Shown: piece by piece, positions 12,837-24,508 of the stretch
How positions within the stretch are numbered: the first letter of the stretch is position 1
How the letters are laid out: each line of letters begins with the position of its first letter
Assembly: GCA_025558095.1 (NCBI GenBank)
Contig: JAIVFI010000005.1
Span: 868,001-932,000 of the forward strand
Direction of reading: 5' to 3'
DNA: 64,000 nt
Origin: Hyaloraphidium curvatum SAG 235-1
Lineage: Eukaryota; Fungi; Monoblepharomycota
Position numbers and translations under genes: made by a program
The notes under the pieces: model-generated
Told to the model about the DNA's origin: nothing
Seen by the model: the letters and a program-made list of their open reading frames with translations, nothing else
The model's database searches: none

Positions 12837-14516
12837 ATGGACCGCCCCCCTCCGCCGCCGAGACGGCAAGCCGCTCCGCCCCCACCCCCCGGCCGTGGGA
12901 TTCCGCTCCCAGGTCTGGCCGTCGAGGCTGCTCCGCGCCCCCCGCCACCTCCCCCGAGCCGGAGGGGACCACCACCGTCCCCCCCGGCACGTGCCGCCAT
13001 CGTTCCCCCCCCGTCTCCCCCCACCGGTCCTGCTCCGCCGTCCTCCTTTCTCGAGATGTTTGGTGGCAAGGCAGCTAAGCGTTTGCAAGCTCTCCAGCCG
13101 CACGCCGAATCCGAAGACGACCGCCGCCGCCGCGCCGAGAAGGAGGAGATGGCGCAGCGCCGCCTCGCGGCCGAGCAGTCGAAAGCGGAGGCCGAGGCCC
13201 GCGCCGCGCAGGCCGAGATCCGCCGGAAAGCCGAGCTGGAGCACCTCGCCGAGCTCGTGCGGCTCGAGGAAGAGAGGCAGGCGCTGGACAAGGCGGCCCG
13301 CGCCGTGGAGGAAAGGCTGCAGGCGGACGAGAGGGCGCACAAGGCCAAGGAGGAGGAGCTGCTCCGCAGGCTGGGGAGGCTGACGGCCAAGGAGGAGGTG
13401 GTGGAGCGTACGGTGCGACCTGCGTCGGAGGCGTCCAGCGGGGACGTGACGGCGGGCGAATCGGCGGGCTCGCAGTCCGGGGAGGCAGCGGCCAAGGGCA
13501 CCGCCCACCCAAGCTTGCGCTCTTCGTACGAGATCGCCCCCTCTGACATCGAGCAAGGCAAGTTCCTGGGCGCCGGCGCGTTCGGCCAGGTCTACGAGGG
13601 GACCTACCAGAAGCACACCCGGGTCGCGCTGAAGATGATTGGGGCTGGCGCGAGCCCGCGGCAGCTCGAGAAGCGCAGGGCCGACTTTGAGGCGGAAATG
13701 TTGATACTGGGGGCAGCTTCCATACCACGCCAATGGTGGGTGCTGACCCATTGATGACTTCGCTCCCGCCTCCGTCAGTCCTCCCGCTCATCGGCTGGTG
13801 CAGCTCCCCCCTCTGCATGGTCACCACCTTCATGCCGCGCGGCACGGCCGTCCAGCACTTGGGCAAGCTTTCGTGGAACCCACTCACGATCGTGAAGCTC
13901 CTCTTCGAGGTAGCCTTGGGTATGAACCACCTCCACTCCCGCCCCACGCCCATCCTCCACTCGGACCTCAAGGGCGCCAACGTGCTCGTGGACGAGAACG
14001 GGACGGCCAGGGTGGCCGATTTCGGGCTGACGAAGATCCGGCAGGGGGCCACGGCGGGGACGTTCTTCTTCGGAGGGACGCCAGCGTACATTGCCCCTGA
14101 AGGTGGGCCTCTCGGCGCGCCGGAAGAGCGGGACTGACGCTGCTGCTTCTGACTAACCAGTCCGGCGCCACACCCGCAGCCGGGCATCCGACGTCTACTC
14201 GTTCGGCATGATGACGTGGGAGCTCTTTTCCATGGGCGAGATGCCTTTCGAAGACGACCTCCTCGAGATCCCGGCGCAGGCGGTTGCCCAGATGGTGGGT
14301 CGCCCGCGACCTGCTCGCAGCGCAATCTCATCCGAGCCCGGCTAGTTCGGAGAAAGAATCAAGAGCGAACCCGATTACCGCCCGACGCGGCCGGACGGAT
14401 GCCCCGACGGCGCGTGGGATGTCATGACGCAGTGCTGGGCGTTCGATCAGGCGGCGAGGCCGGCGTTTGGGGCCGTGGCGGACGGGCTCAAGGGCGTGCA
14501 GATGGGCACGCCGTGA
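12837..14516 (+). CDS. TKL-type protein kinase with Pro-rich and coiled-coil N-terminus; apparent +1 frameshift near 13709-13713
   Basis: GAGAFGQV, VALK, HSDLKGANVL, DFGL, GTPAYIAPE, DVYSFG, CW.....RP.F. Confidence 0.9.
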
Positions 14517-15290
14517 TGGGGAGCTGGACCGGATATTGCTTACTATCCCATCAGGCGTTTCGACTTGCTGCTCTCCCTGCATTTGCATTTAGCGGAAGGC
14601 AGTTGATAGATTCCAAGAATCCCCGAAAGTTTCACCGCCGAAACGGGCCCCATCCCCGACCACACGCCCCCCGCGGGGTGTCGGCCATCGCCTCGACGCC
14701 GCCATCGCCGCGGCGCCCTGCAGCGTGCTCACCGCTCGTAATACGTCCGCAGAGCACCGTCGCGCGTCCGGTGCGTTTGGCGGGGTCGGCGGAGTAGATA
14801 TAGCCCGCGAAGAGGACTCCACACCTTGCTGAGGCCCGGCAACAGCGGTCCAGAGCTTTGTGAGTGCACAGCTTCATAGTTGCTGGTACGGTGCCAGCCC
14901 GGGCTGCTCCAAAGCGATGGATGGCATCCGGCGACGGCGGTGAGGCCGGCTGACCATCGTCCCATTCGCGGGGGAGCGACGCGACTGCCCTGGTAATTGC
15001 GTTGCCTGGCGAGTATATTGACGGGCATGACCTAACAGCTGGTCTGCTTACTTAGCAGATCGCCCGAGTTTTCGCGGAAACCGATACGGCCGCTCGCCGC
15101 CGCTTGCCAACGAGCCGGTTCCGCCCGCGGTGATCTCGGCAGCCGCGCGTCCGACCAACTCATTTGAACGCGCACGTTGCGGCCCCGGTTCCCCAGCGGC
15201 GCCGTTCCCTCCCGCGGCCGCACGGCATAGCCCCATTCAGCATCGCGCGACTTCGCGCCTTCAAGGCCTCCGCCGCGCTCCCTCTGCACG

Positions 15291-16083
15291 ATGCGCCGCG
15301 TCTTTGTCGTTGTGGTTCTATTCTTCGCGCTGGCCACCTGGGCCGCGGCGGACGACGACGCGTCGCCGCCGTCCGACCCGCTCGACGCCAAGGTGGGCAT
15401 GCTGGCCGCGCCGGCGGTCCTCCGGGCCTAAACGCCCCCGTTCCGCAGTCCAAGAGGACGCACAAAGTGGCCGGGCAGGCACTCATCGCCGCCACGGACC
15501 GCACCGGCATGAGTGTGGGTCCCTCGTGGATCAACACCGACTGGGACAAGCGGCCCGGGTACGTGTGCAAGCTGAGGAAAAAGAGGCTGGCCTACGTCCG
15601 CACCTCCGACGTTTTCGACGTAGGTGGCCGTCTGCATTGGTGCCGGAGGCCGCCGCCGATCCCCGCCCGCCCGTCCCCAAGGCCATGAAGTGGAAGAGGA
15701 ACCGGGGCGAAGACGACGCGACCAAGCAGCTCAAGCTGCCCAGCATGTTCGGAAGCGACCCCACCGAGTTTTCCCAGCAGCGCGTGCTGGTCGGCTACGC
15801 CCTCGGGCAGTTCCCCGTGTGGGTTTACTTCTCGTACGAAGGTGGCACCCTGGGAGTCGGCAAGGTCCGCGTGTTCGAGCACCTCTTCGTGGACGCGGGC
15901 GACCAGACCGCGTGCCAGTACGAGGAGATCAACAACGGCGCCGGCGGGGCCGGGGTCACACAGAGGAGGAGGAGGCTGCGGTGCTTCCCGGGCTGCCTGC
16001 CCACCAAGGACAAGTGGGACCGTTTCGTGGCCGGCAGCGGGGTGCAGAAGTCCCTGGTGGAGCCCACGCTGCCCAACCTCTGA
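15291..16083 (+). CDS. Secreted hypothetical protein (3 exons)
   Basis: Signal peptide MRRVFVVVVLFFALATWAAA; two GT-AG introns join coding-like segments; four Cys. Confidence 0.6.
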
Positions 16084-16789
16084 TCGGGGCTCGGGAAGGG
16101 CGGGGAAGCGCATTGACTTGCTCGCCGGCATCGCTGTGTGTCTGCTGTGGCGGCACGGGCCGCCTAGGCTAACTATTTCCTATTTGCATGTCTCTTCGCA
16201 TTTGCTGGGGACAAATGTGATCGCATAGGCGGCGGTGATGGGGCGGAGCGGGACCGGGACCGGGACCTGGTCTGGCTAGGGCTCGCACCAGACCCCGAGG
16301 GGATTCAAAAGAGCAGCGCGAAATTGCAGTTGGAAACGGGGTTCGACCGTACCTTTAAAGTCATTGTCTCATCGTCGTTCGGGAAGCGTGCCGTTCGGAA
16401 ACCGGGCTCCGCGTGTTCCCTACGGAGCGCGACTCTGTGACCGGCCATACCCTTCTGTGAACCTTCCGCTCGCGGACGCATCGAAACAAAGTCTATTCCC
16501 GGGCGACTAACCAAATCAAAGGCCTATCAGTCCGGCGTGGCACTGCTGGGAGGCGGAACCCAAGCGAGCCGGAAGGCCCGGCCAAGCCCGGGCCATCACA
16601 CATGCCCTCTATATCCCCGCCTGCGGGGCACGGAGAGCGAGCAGAAGGAGTACGAGGGTTTGCAACCTTCATCCGATGCGATACAGGTGCAGATCTATGA
16701 GTTTAATTGGTCCAGCCGCGCAAAATGAGACGCAGTCCGGATCGAACTTTCGAGAAGCAGCCGACGAAAACGCTCAGCCCTTGCTGAGC

Positions 16790-17188
16790 GCCGCTGCCCA
16801 ACTTCACCTCCGCAGCCGACGGCACCCGGCGGCACGAGTCCTTCGCGGCCCTCGAGATGCCCCCCGGCGACGCATCGGGGATCTACACCGCCGAGCTGCG
16901 CGGCGCACCCGAAGGCCGCGCCGCCGCACAGGGAGGGCCGACCTCGCGACCGTCTTTGCCGCCGTCCGATCCCTCGGGAAGCTCGCGCCGCACGTCGCGA
17001 TGCGGCTGGACCTTGCGCCGGGTTTGCACTCGGTCGACCCGGCGTGGCTCGCGGTGAGGGTGGACAGGGTGGAGGCGGGGGAGCGGAGGGCGAAGTTCGC
17101 GGTGCTGGTGGAGGACGGAGAGGGGAGGGTCCTGGCTAGGGGAGAGACGCAGCACGCGCTGCTCAAAGGGGACGTGCCGAAGCTGTAA
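16790..17188 (+). CDS. HotDog-fold thioesterase-like protein (start uncertain, possible frameshift near 16935), ends -PKL
   Basis: AQGG|ADLATVF helix followed by the beta strands VRVDRVE..RRAKFAVLVED.EGRVLARGET. Confidence 0.5.
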   Translation, partial: AAAQLHLRSRRHPAARVLRGPRDAPRRRIGDLHRRAARRTRRPRRRTGRADLATVFAAVRSLGKLAPHVAMRLDLAPGLHSVDPAWLAVRVDRVEAGERRAKFAVLVEDGEGRVLARGETQHALLKGDVPKL

Positions 17189-17287
17189 TCTGCAGCCCGA
17201 ATGTGACCAGTTTGCGATCGGGCAACGTGTTCTTCACCACGAAGGGCACTCGGTCGCGTTTGGATGCATGCGCGTGCACGACCCGTG

Positions 17288-18083
17288 CTACACTTTGGCG
17301 GCGGAAAGGAGCTGCTCCTCCGCGAAATCCCAGTTGGCCAGCTTCCACCAGGCGTCGATGTAGGCCGCGCGGGCGTTGCGGTAGTCGATGTACTGGGGGC
17401 AAGGGGCAATCAGCGGCGCCCGGCATCCCGTGACCGCGCCCGACCCACGTATGCATGCTCCCACACGTCGCAGGTCAGGATGGGGTGCAGGTTGGGATCC
17501 TCGAGTGCGCTTCCGGCGTCGTGAGTCTGGACGACCCTGAGCTTGCCCGACGCGCGGTCCAGCACTAGCCAGGCCCACCCGGAACCGAAGTGGCCCGCGG
17601 CGGCGGCGGAAAACTCCTTCTTGAAGGCGTCGAAGGAGCCGAACGAGTCGTCGATCCGCGCCGTGACGGCCCCGGTGGGTAGGCCGTACGAACCATCCTT
17701 GGGCGGGGCGAGGGACTGCCGCCGGGGAGTCAGCCGCCGCCCCGAGCTCCGTCGGTTGGAGGGATCCGGGCCCACCTTCCAGTAAAAGTCGTGGTTCCAA
17801 GTTTGCGCTGCGCTGTTGAAGACGCCCGGCGCCACCTCGGCGCGGGCCCTGACGATGTCCTCGATCGACTTGGATTCCAGCGGCGTGCCCGCGGTGAGCT
17901 CGTTCAGCTTGGCCACGTACGCTGCGGTCGCCAGCCGGCCATCGGAATGGGTCCCGTGACCGCGGGCCGCGCGGCGTACCCACCGGCGTGGTGTTTCCCG
18001 TGGTGGAATGCCAGCGTCTCCTTGGAGATGAGCGGCTCGAGCGCATCGGAGGCATACGGCAGCGGGGCCAGCGAGAACGGCAT
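17288..18083 (-). CDS. Iron superoxide dismutase (4 exons)
   Basis: [58 protein letters not shown]. Confidence 0.95.
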
Positions 18084-18553
18084 GGCGGGGTCGGGCTACG
18101 GTGGAGCAGGAAAAGCGGCACGCGCATCGCGCGATCGCCCCCAACACTAGGGGTCCAAACGCCACGCGCCATCGGCAATCCACACCTGCCCGTCTCTTCG
18201 CTCCGGAAAGGCCGCGGCGCCCCGCGCCCGCATCGCCAAGACCTGGAAGGATAGCGGGGCCGTGGCTGGAAGCGGGTCCAGCAGGCCGCGGAGGTGGGGC
18301 GAAAATCGCTCGTCCGCGCCACGGGACCCGGTCCGACCGAACCCGGCCCACGATAGGACCAGGCTCCGGGCTCGAGTCACTTCAACGACCATCTCCCGCC
18401 GGAAACAATTGCGGAAACACCTGCGCTGCCGACGTACCGCGCCAACCGCTGGGGCTGTCGGGGAAGGCCGCGCGGAACATCGCCACGTACTCGGCATCGG
18501 AGGCGAACCTGGCGACGACCTCGTCCCGAACCCCGTCCGTCACCCCGAGCTCG

Positions 18554-19307
18554 ATGCGTTCACGGATCACCTACGCCGCCACTCACGAGATGCCTGACGG
18601 GAGCGGTGCTCGATGGGCCACGGTCGCCTCTTGCAACGTGGTATGCCGCGATGCGGCATCCTGTGGCCGCATCGCGTTCCAGCTCGCGGGCAACGGTCCC
18701 TGCGCGCGCACGGTGCTCGACCTGCGCAACCTGCCTCCCGGCCTGCACGGCATCAGGGTCAGGTGGGCCGCCGCACTTTCCAGACAGAACCGTACTGCAA
18801 TGCTGAGGGCATGGTTTCTGCATCGCAGCGAGTACGGCGACATGTCGGATCCTCCGCGGTCGCTCGGGCCGCGGTTCCTCTGGCGGCCAGCGGGTTCGCG
18901 GACCGAGGACTCGGAAGCGGGCGGTCGGGCGGCACCCTCGGACGTCGAAAGCGCGGATTCTCACCTTGTAGCGGCCGCAGATGACCTCGCCGTGATCTAC
19001 GTGGGAGCGGATGGCACCGCTTCCGGGAGCTTCGTGGTCGGCGAGCTGTCACCGTGCTCGCTCGTTGGGTAAGCGGGTCATCTCGGCGCAGACGAACGTT
19101 TCCGCCCGCTAATGACCGTGGGAAAAGTCGATCCGTCGCCTTGTACAGAATCCTGGACTCGGGGCTCGCCGACCGCGATCCGCGGCAAGAGTGGGACGAC
19201 GAGTCCCCGCTGGGCTTTGCTTGGGGCGTCATTGGTGGGCTCGATCGTCGCCACAGCTGCGTGGATGCTCATCTGACGTCATTTGGTCAGGGTTTTCCGG
19301 CGACTGA
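18554..19307 (+). CDS. Cu/Zn-SOD-fold protein lacking metal ligands (CCS domain-II-like), 4 exons
   Basis: Spliced sequence NLPPGLHGIRVSEYGDMS..SLGPRF, DL..I.V..DG.A, LVGRSVALY, WGVIG. Confidence 0.75.
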
Positions 19308-19549
19308 GCCCTGGCGGACAGGCTGCCTGTATCGGGGCCGAGCGTCCATGCAATTTTCACCTCTGCCCTGCCACCCCGAACTGCGGCTCCACCGCGTGAC
19401 TCCCGCCCTCCAACCACGCCTTCAGCTCCGGATCTGCGGCCGTGGACTGCCAGTCACTCTTCGACGCCGTGAGGGGCGTCCACGTGCAAGCCCAATAGAT
19501 CATTTCCGCAGACACCCGCAACTCCGAAACGCAACACCTGCACCTGCAA

Positions 19550-20557
19550 TCACAGCCTGCCCTTCTCTCCCTCCCCCTCCCCACTCTCCCCGCCCCCGTT
19601 GGCCCCCATCACCTTCCCCCAGTCGCGCACCTGCCTCTGCTTGTCCTCCTCCGCGAAGTTCTCGCCCTTCTTCTTGCGGCGGAGGTTCATCTTGAGCACC
19701 GCCTCCCACCGCGAGGCGTCGGCGGGCTCGGAACCGAACGTGGAGTACGCCGCGAACACTGCCCGTGCGTCAGCGTGGAGCCCGGAGCGCCGCAGCGCCG
19801 CGGCCGACCCACCCGGCCTCCCGTTGTCCGGCATCGTGTCCCCCCTGCACCCCGCGACCTCGACGGCGAGGTGCACGAGGATGTGCGCGGTCAGGCCGAA
19901 TGTGGGCGGCTGGCCCGGGAGCGCGAAGCGGTGCCGCGCGGCCGAGTTGGGGGTCTTTTCGGTGGAGTGATGCGACGCCGAGAGGAAGTGCGAGAGGGGG
20001 ACGTAGAACACTGGCGCGGGGTGACGGGCGGCTGTTAGGGGGAGAAGACGCGTGGGCAGCCCGGGAAGGGTACCCCTGTCGACCTCGTGGTGGTTGAGCT
20101 TCAGGTCCAGGTCCGGGATAGGCGGCACCAGCGCCACCACGGGCGTCACCAGCAGCCCGTTCCTGCTCACGTGCCCGGCCATCCAACCCCCCGGCACCAG
20201 CAGCTCGCACCGCCCCGGCTCCAGCCCGACCTCCTCGTGCGTCTCCCTCAATGCGGTGTCCGCCGGCCCGGCGTCCTTTTCCGGGTCGGCGCGGCCGCCG
20301 GGCAGCGCGACCTCGGAGGGGAAGGTGTTGAGGCGGCTGCTGCGCACGGTGAAGAGCACGTGCAGCTCGGGGTCGGGGTCGGCGTAGGAGCGCGGGACGG
20401 TGAGGGCGACGAGCACGGCGGCGCGCGAGTCGCCGACGCGGGCGGGGAAGAACGACTGGTCGACGTTGGGCTTGTAGGACTGCAGCCGTCGCACGGCGTC
20501 GAGCGCGAACGACGGCCGCAAAAGGGAGGAGAAGGTGCCGGCGGGGGCCGTCGCCAT
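19550..20557 (-). CDS. Nudix CoA diphosphatase (PCD1/NUDT7-like)
   Basis: AAVLV, VLFTVRSSRLNTFPSEVALPGG, Nudix box ALRETHEEVG, VTPVV, EV..VF.VPL, FGLTAHIL. Confidence 0.9.
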   Translation of the reverse strand: MATAPAGTFSSLLRPSFALDAVRRLQSYKPNVDQSFFPARVGDSRAAVLVALTVPRSYADPDPELHVLFTVRSSRLNTFPSEVALPGGRADPEKDAGPADTALRETHEEVGLEPGRCELLVPGGWMAGHVSRNGLLVTPVVALVPPIPDLDLKLNHHEVDRGTLPGLPTRLLPLTAARHPAPVFYVPLSHFLSASHHSTEKTPNSAARHRFALPGQPPTFGLTAHILVHLAVEVAGCRGDTMPDNGRPGGSAAALRRSGLHADARAVFAAYSTFGSEPADASRWEAVLKMNLRRKKKGENFAEEDKQRQVRDWGKVMGANGGGESGEGEGEKGRL

Positions 20558-21298
20558 CTCGAAAACTGGCAGGGTGGTGGAGGAGGAAAGGGAGACACTT
20601 GGCCCAGGAGGGAGGCACGCGATCGCGGTCCGCCCGAGTCCCTGCCGGCTCAGTGCCGATCCGGAGACGGATCTCCGGGAGATGCCTCGGCAGCTAGCGT
20701 CGGCCGTCTAAACAGAACGACGCGTTAGCGGGGGATTAAGATAAACACACGATCGGGCCGACACGCGTCCCGGAGTGGCAAACGGGAATTCTTTGATTCC
20801 AGGCACCCACTTGAAAGGTTCCGAAAACCATCTCGTCCCATCCATCCCGAGATGTCAAGCTTCTGATTGGCGGGGATCGAAGGCTGCATCCCCAACCACC
20901 TCGCCGACGTTCGCTGAGGCAGTTGGACACCTGCCGGGACGGGACCTCCTCCCGCGAAACACTGAGCCCCGAAACCTGGTGTTGGGAAAAGAACTCCGGG
21001 TCAGTGATGGCGCCCGGCGACGGAGTCGAAATCGCATCGGCCGGCTCGGAACCCATCGTTCGATCCGTTCGGGCTGGTGCACCTCCGGCCACCCCGCCTG
21101 AAGAGCATCGGAACCCCCGTTCCGCGCCTCCGTCACTCCGCCCGACTCACTTCGAAGCTGCCAACGGTGCGTACACGCCTTCCGCGTCCGTCCCCGGCGG
21201 CGGATGTTGCGGCGACGGCGCCCGCCGGCGGGGCCCCCGGCACCCGTTTCAGGGATCCGGCACCCGCTGACTGTCCGCCGCCCCAGCGCCCGATCCCA

Positions 21299-22903
21299 AT
21301 GGCCACGGAGCGAGACGATCGCATCCCGGTCACCGTGCTCACAGGTGGGCACGCCGCGACGGTCCCGGCGGCGCGCTGACGGCCGTCTTCCTGCCAGGGT
21401 TCCTCGGGAGCGGCAAGACCACGCTGCTGAACCACATCCTCACCGCCGAGCACGGCAAGAAGGTTGGCCGCCGCGGTCTCGAGCCGGTTACGTGCCCTGA
21501 AGCCCTCCGCCCCCCCTCCGGAGATCGCGGTGATCGAGAACGAGTTCGGGGAAGTGGGGGTGGACGATGCCCTCGTGCGGAACCGCAACAGGTTCTACGG
21601 CGAGGTGGGCCCGCTCGGATCCGCTCCTGCCGCCGCCTCTGATGATCGCGACGGCCCCCCTTGCAGGAAGACATCTTCGAGATGAAGTTCGGCAACCTCC
21701 AACGCACCCGGCCTGGACTGCCCTGACCCCGACCCGCCGCCCACAGTAACGGCTGCATATGCTGCACCGTCCGCAGCGACCTCATCGACATCATCGGCCG
21801 GCTGCTCGCCCGCCGCGTCAGGCTCGACGGCATCGTCATCGAGACCACGGGCATGGCCGACCCCGCGCCCGTCGCGCAGACCTTCTTCGTCGAGGACCGC
21901 ATCGCCGCGGCCTGCCGCCTCGACGCCATCGTCACGGTCGTGGACGCCAAGCACGCGCTGCCGCACCTGGACGAGGTCAAGCCCGAGGGCGTGGAGAACG
22001 AGGCCGTGGAGCAGGTGGGACGGCGGCGCCCCCAGCGCCCCGGGAGCGAGCTCACCGCACGCGCGCGCAGGTGGCCTTCGCGGACAGGATCCTGCTCAAC
22101 AAGGTCGACCTCGCCACGCGGACCGAGGTCGACGCCGTCGCGGCCCGCATCCGCGCCATCAACCGGTTCGCCGAGATCATCGAGACCACGCACTCCTCCG
22201 TCGACATGGACCGCATCCTCCGCATCGGGGCTTTCGACCTCCGCCGCGCGGTGGAGCTGGACCCCGAGTTCCTCGAAAACACCGACCACCAGCACGACCA
22301 GTCCGTCACGTCCGTGGGATTCAGGTGCGTCCCGCGTCATCGTGCGCCCGAGCGGTCGCATGCCGCGGACGCCGACCGCCGCCGCCGTGCAGGTTCGAGG
22401 GCAACGTCAGCAAGGCCAGGCTGGAGGAGTTCATCGGCGACCTGATGCGCACCAAGGGCACGGATCTGTACAGGTACAAGGGCGTTCTCTCCGTCCAGGG
22501 CATGGACCAGCGCTTCGTCTTCCAGGGTGGGGCTTCCGCGCTCCGCTCCCTCGTGACATCCCCGCTACGGCCTCCAACCCGCCCGCCTGCAGGCGTGCAC
22601 ATGCTCTTTGGCGGCACCTTCGCCGACCCGTGGGGTCCCGACGAGAAGCGCGAGAACCGTTTCGTCTTCATAGGCAGGAACCTCGACCGGGAGCGCCTCT
22701 CGCGCGGGTTCGAGGCGTGCCGCGTCCCGGCGGACCTGCGCTTTCCCCTCGGCGCCAGGGTCAGGTGCATCGTCAGGGCCGGGTGGAGGAAGGGCACGGT
22801 GATCGGGCTGTGGGACGGCGGCAACGCCTACAGGGTGAAGCTGGACGCCGGGCACGACGTGTGGGCGCCCGAGGACGACGATTCGTACGTGCGCGCGGCT
22901 TGA
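21299..22903 (+). CDS. COG0523/CobW (ZNG1-like) metallochaperone GTPase with an extra C-terminal SH3-like domain, multi-exon
   Basis: VTVLTGFLGSGKTT, IENEFGEVGVD, GCICC, ETTGMADP, NKVD, CobW_C-type LYRYKGV...FVFIGRNL. Confidence 0.93.
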
Positions 22904-23126
22904 GCCCCGCGGACCGCCAAGGGGGGCCAGAGGAGCGTGCCGCGTGGCACTTGCATGCAGCGCATACATCGTTAACGCGACTGGCGAATACAATAGGGGG
23001 CGAGCTAGCGAACGCCGCGCGGGTAAACGGGGACGGTCGCCGGGCCGACACGCGTCCCGGAGTGGCAAACGCGGCAACATCTCCCCAACCAGCACCTTCC
23101 TTGAAGTCTTAACCAGCCTGATAGCG

Positions 23127-23918
23127 ATGAGCGCTCCCCTCGTTCTGGTCGAGCGCGACGGCCCCGTCGCCGTGGTCACGATGAACCGCCCCTCCGCCAT
23201 GAACGCGCTGTCCCGCGCGCTGCAGGCCGACCTCGCCAGGGCGTTCCGCGAGCTCGAGGCCGACGCCTCCGTGCGCGCCGTGGTGCTCACCGGCGCCGGC
23301 GACCGCGCCTTCACCGCCGGGCTGGACCTGCGCGAGGTCGGCCGGGTCGGCCTGTCGGGGGGCCCGGGCACCGAGGGCGCCCGCCGCGAGACCGACCCCG
23401 TGGTCGCCATGCACGCCATGTCCAAGCCCATCATCGGCGCAATCAACGGCGTCGCCGTCACGGGCGGCTTCGAGGTCGCGCTGGCATGCGACGTGCTCGT
23501 GGCGTCGACAAACGCCCGCTTCGCAGACACACACGTGCGCGTGGGCGTCACCCCCGGCTGGCTGCTCTCGCAGCGGCTGTCGCGGCTGATCGGCATCTCG
23601 CGGGCCAAGGAGCTCAGCTTCACGGGGAACTACATCGACGCGCAGACCGCCCTCGCCTGGGGCCTCGTGAACCGCGTGGTGCCCCCCGCGGAGCTGCTCC
23701 CCCTGGCGAAGAAGCTCGCGGCGGACATGGCGTCGACGGACCCGGACATGCTGCGGAGGTACAAGAGGCTGATCGACGACGGGTTCGACCTGCCGTTCGG
23801 CGAGGCGAGGAAGCTCGAGGCCGCGAGGGCCGCGGAGGACAACAAGAAGGTCACCGCCGAATCGGTCGAGTCCAGGCGCGTGGGGATCAAGGAGAGGGGG
23901 AGGTCGCAGAAGCTGTGA
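23127..23918 (+). CDS. Enoyl-CoA hydratase/isomerase, intronless, ends -QKL
   Basis: VTMNRP..MNALS, AFTAGLDL, KPIIGAING.AVTGGFE.AL.CD, FADTH. Confidence 0.93.
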   Translation: MSAPLVLVERDGPVAVVTMNRPSAMNALSRALQADLARAFRELEADASVRAVVLTGAGDRAFTAGLDLREVGRVGLSGGPGTEGARRETDPVVAMHAMSKPIIGAINGVAVTGGFEVALACDVLVASTNARFADTHVRVGVTPGWLLSQRLSRLIGISRAKELSFTGNYIDAQTALAWGLVNRVVPPAELLPLAKKLAADMASTDPDMLRRYKRLIDDGFDLPFGEARKLEAARAAEDNKKVTAESVESRRVGIKERGRSQKL

Positions 23919-24064
23919 GGTTCGTCGTGGGATGGGAGGGGGAGGGGGTCGGGAATCCGGTTGGAGCGAAATGGGCGGGAATGGCAGTCGATTGGAGCAC
24001 GGATTCGAATCGCCCAAGTACAGAGTTCCCATCGTCCATGCCCGCCACGGACCGCTCCCAGGGA

Positions 24065-24508
24065 TCAGCAACCCCTCTCGTCCAGCCGTCCGCTCGCGTC
24101 GCGCTTGCGCCTGCAGTTCGGCGCCTCCAACGACCGTCAGCCCCCCTCTCCCCCACAGCGACGGGGCAGACACTCACCGGGTCGTACCGCTTGTACAGCC
24201 CCTTCCGCCCGGCGTAGCCCACGCAGGCGACGTGGTCGGGGGGCGCGTCGGGGTGCGAGAACTCGCTGCGAGGGGGTCAGCGCCGGCCCGGTCCCGGGCG
24301 CGGGGAAAAGGCGGGTACCAGAACGCGCCGTCGAGGCACTCGGAGCAGGCGCGCGCGAAGAGCACCGTCTCGGGTGGGGGGTTGGGAGGGAGGGGGCTGT
24401 GCCGGGAGGTCAGCGCGGGCCGCGGGAGAGGGGCGGGCGCGCGCACGTTGCGGTGGCGAGCACGGTGAGCGAGAGGAGGGCGAGGAGGAGGCGGGGGAGG
24501 AGCACCAT
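24065..24508 (-). CDS. Secreted Cys-rich protein, unrecognised family copy 2 (short, 4 exons)
   Basis: Signal MVLLPRLLLALLSLTVLATA. Spliced sequence LFARACSECLDGAFCEFSHPDAPPDHVACVGYAGRKGLYKRYDP; intron 24266-24318. Last exon uncertain. Confidence 0.7.

Noticed and set aside
11593-13383. 596-aa plus-strand ORF
   Set aside because: Low-complexity shadow overlapping the kinase gene out of frame.
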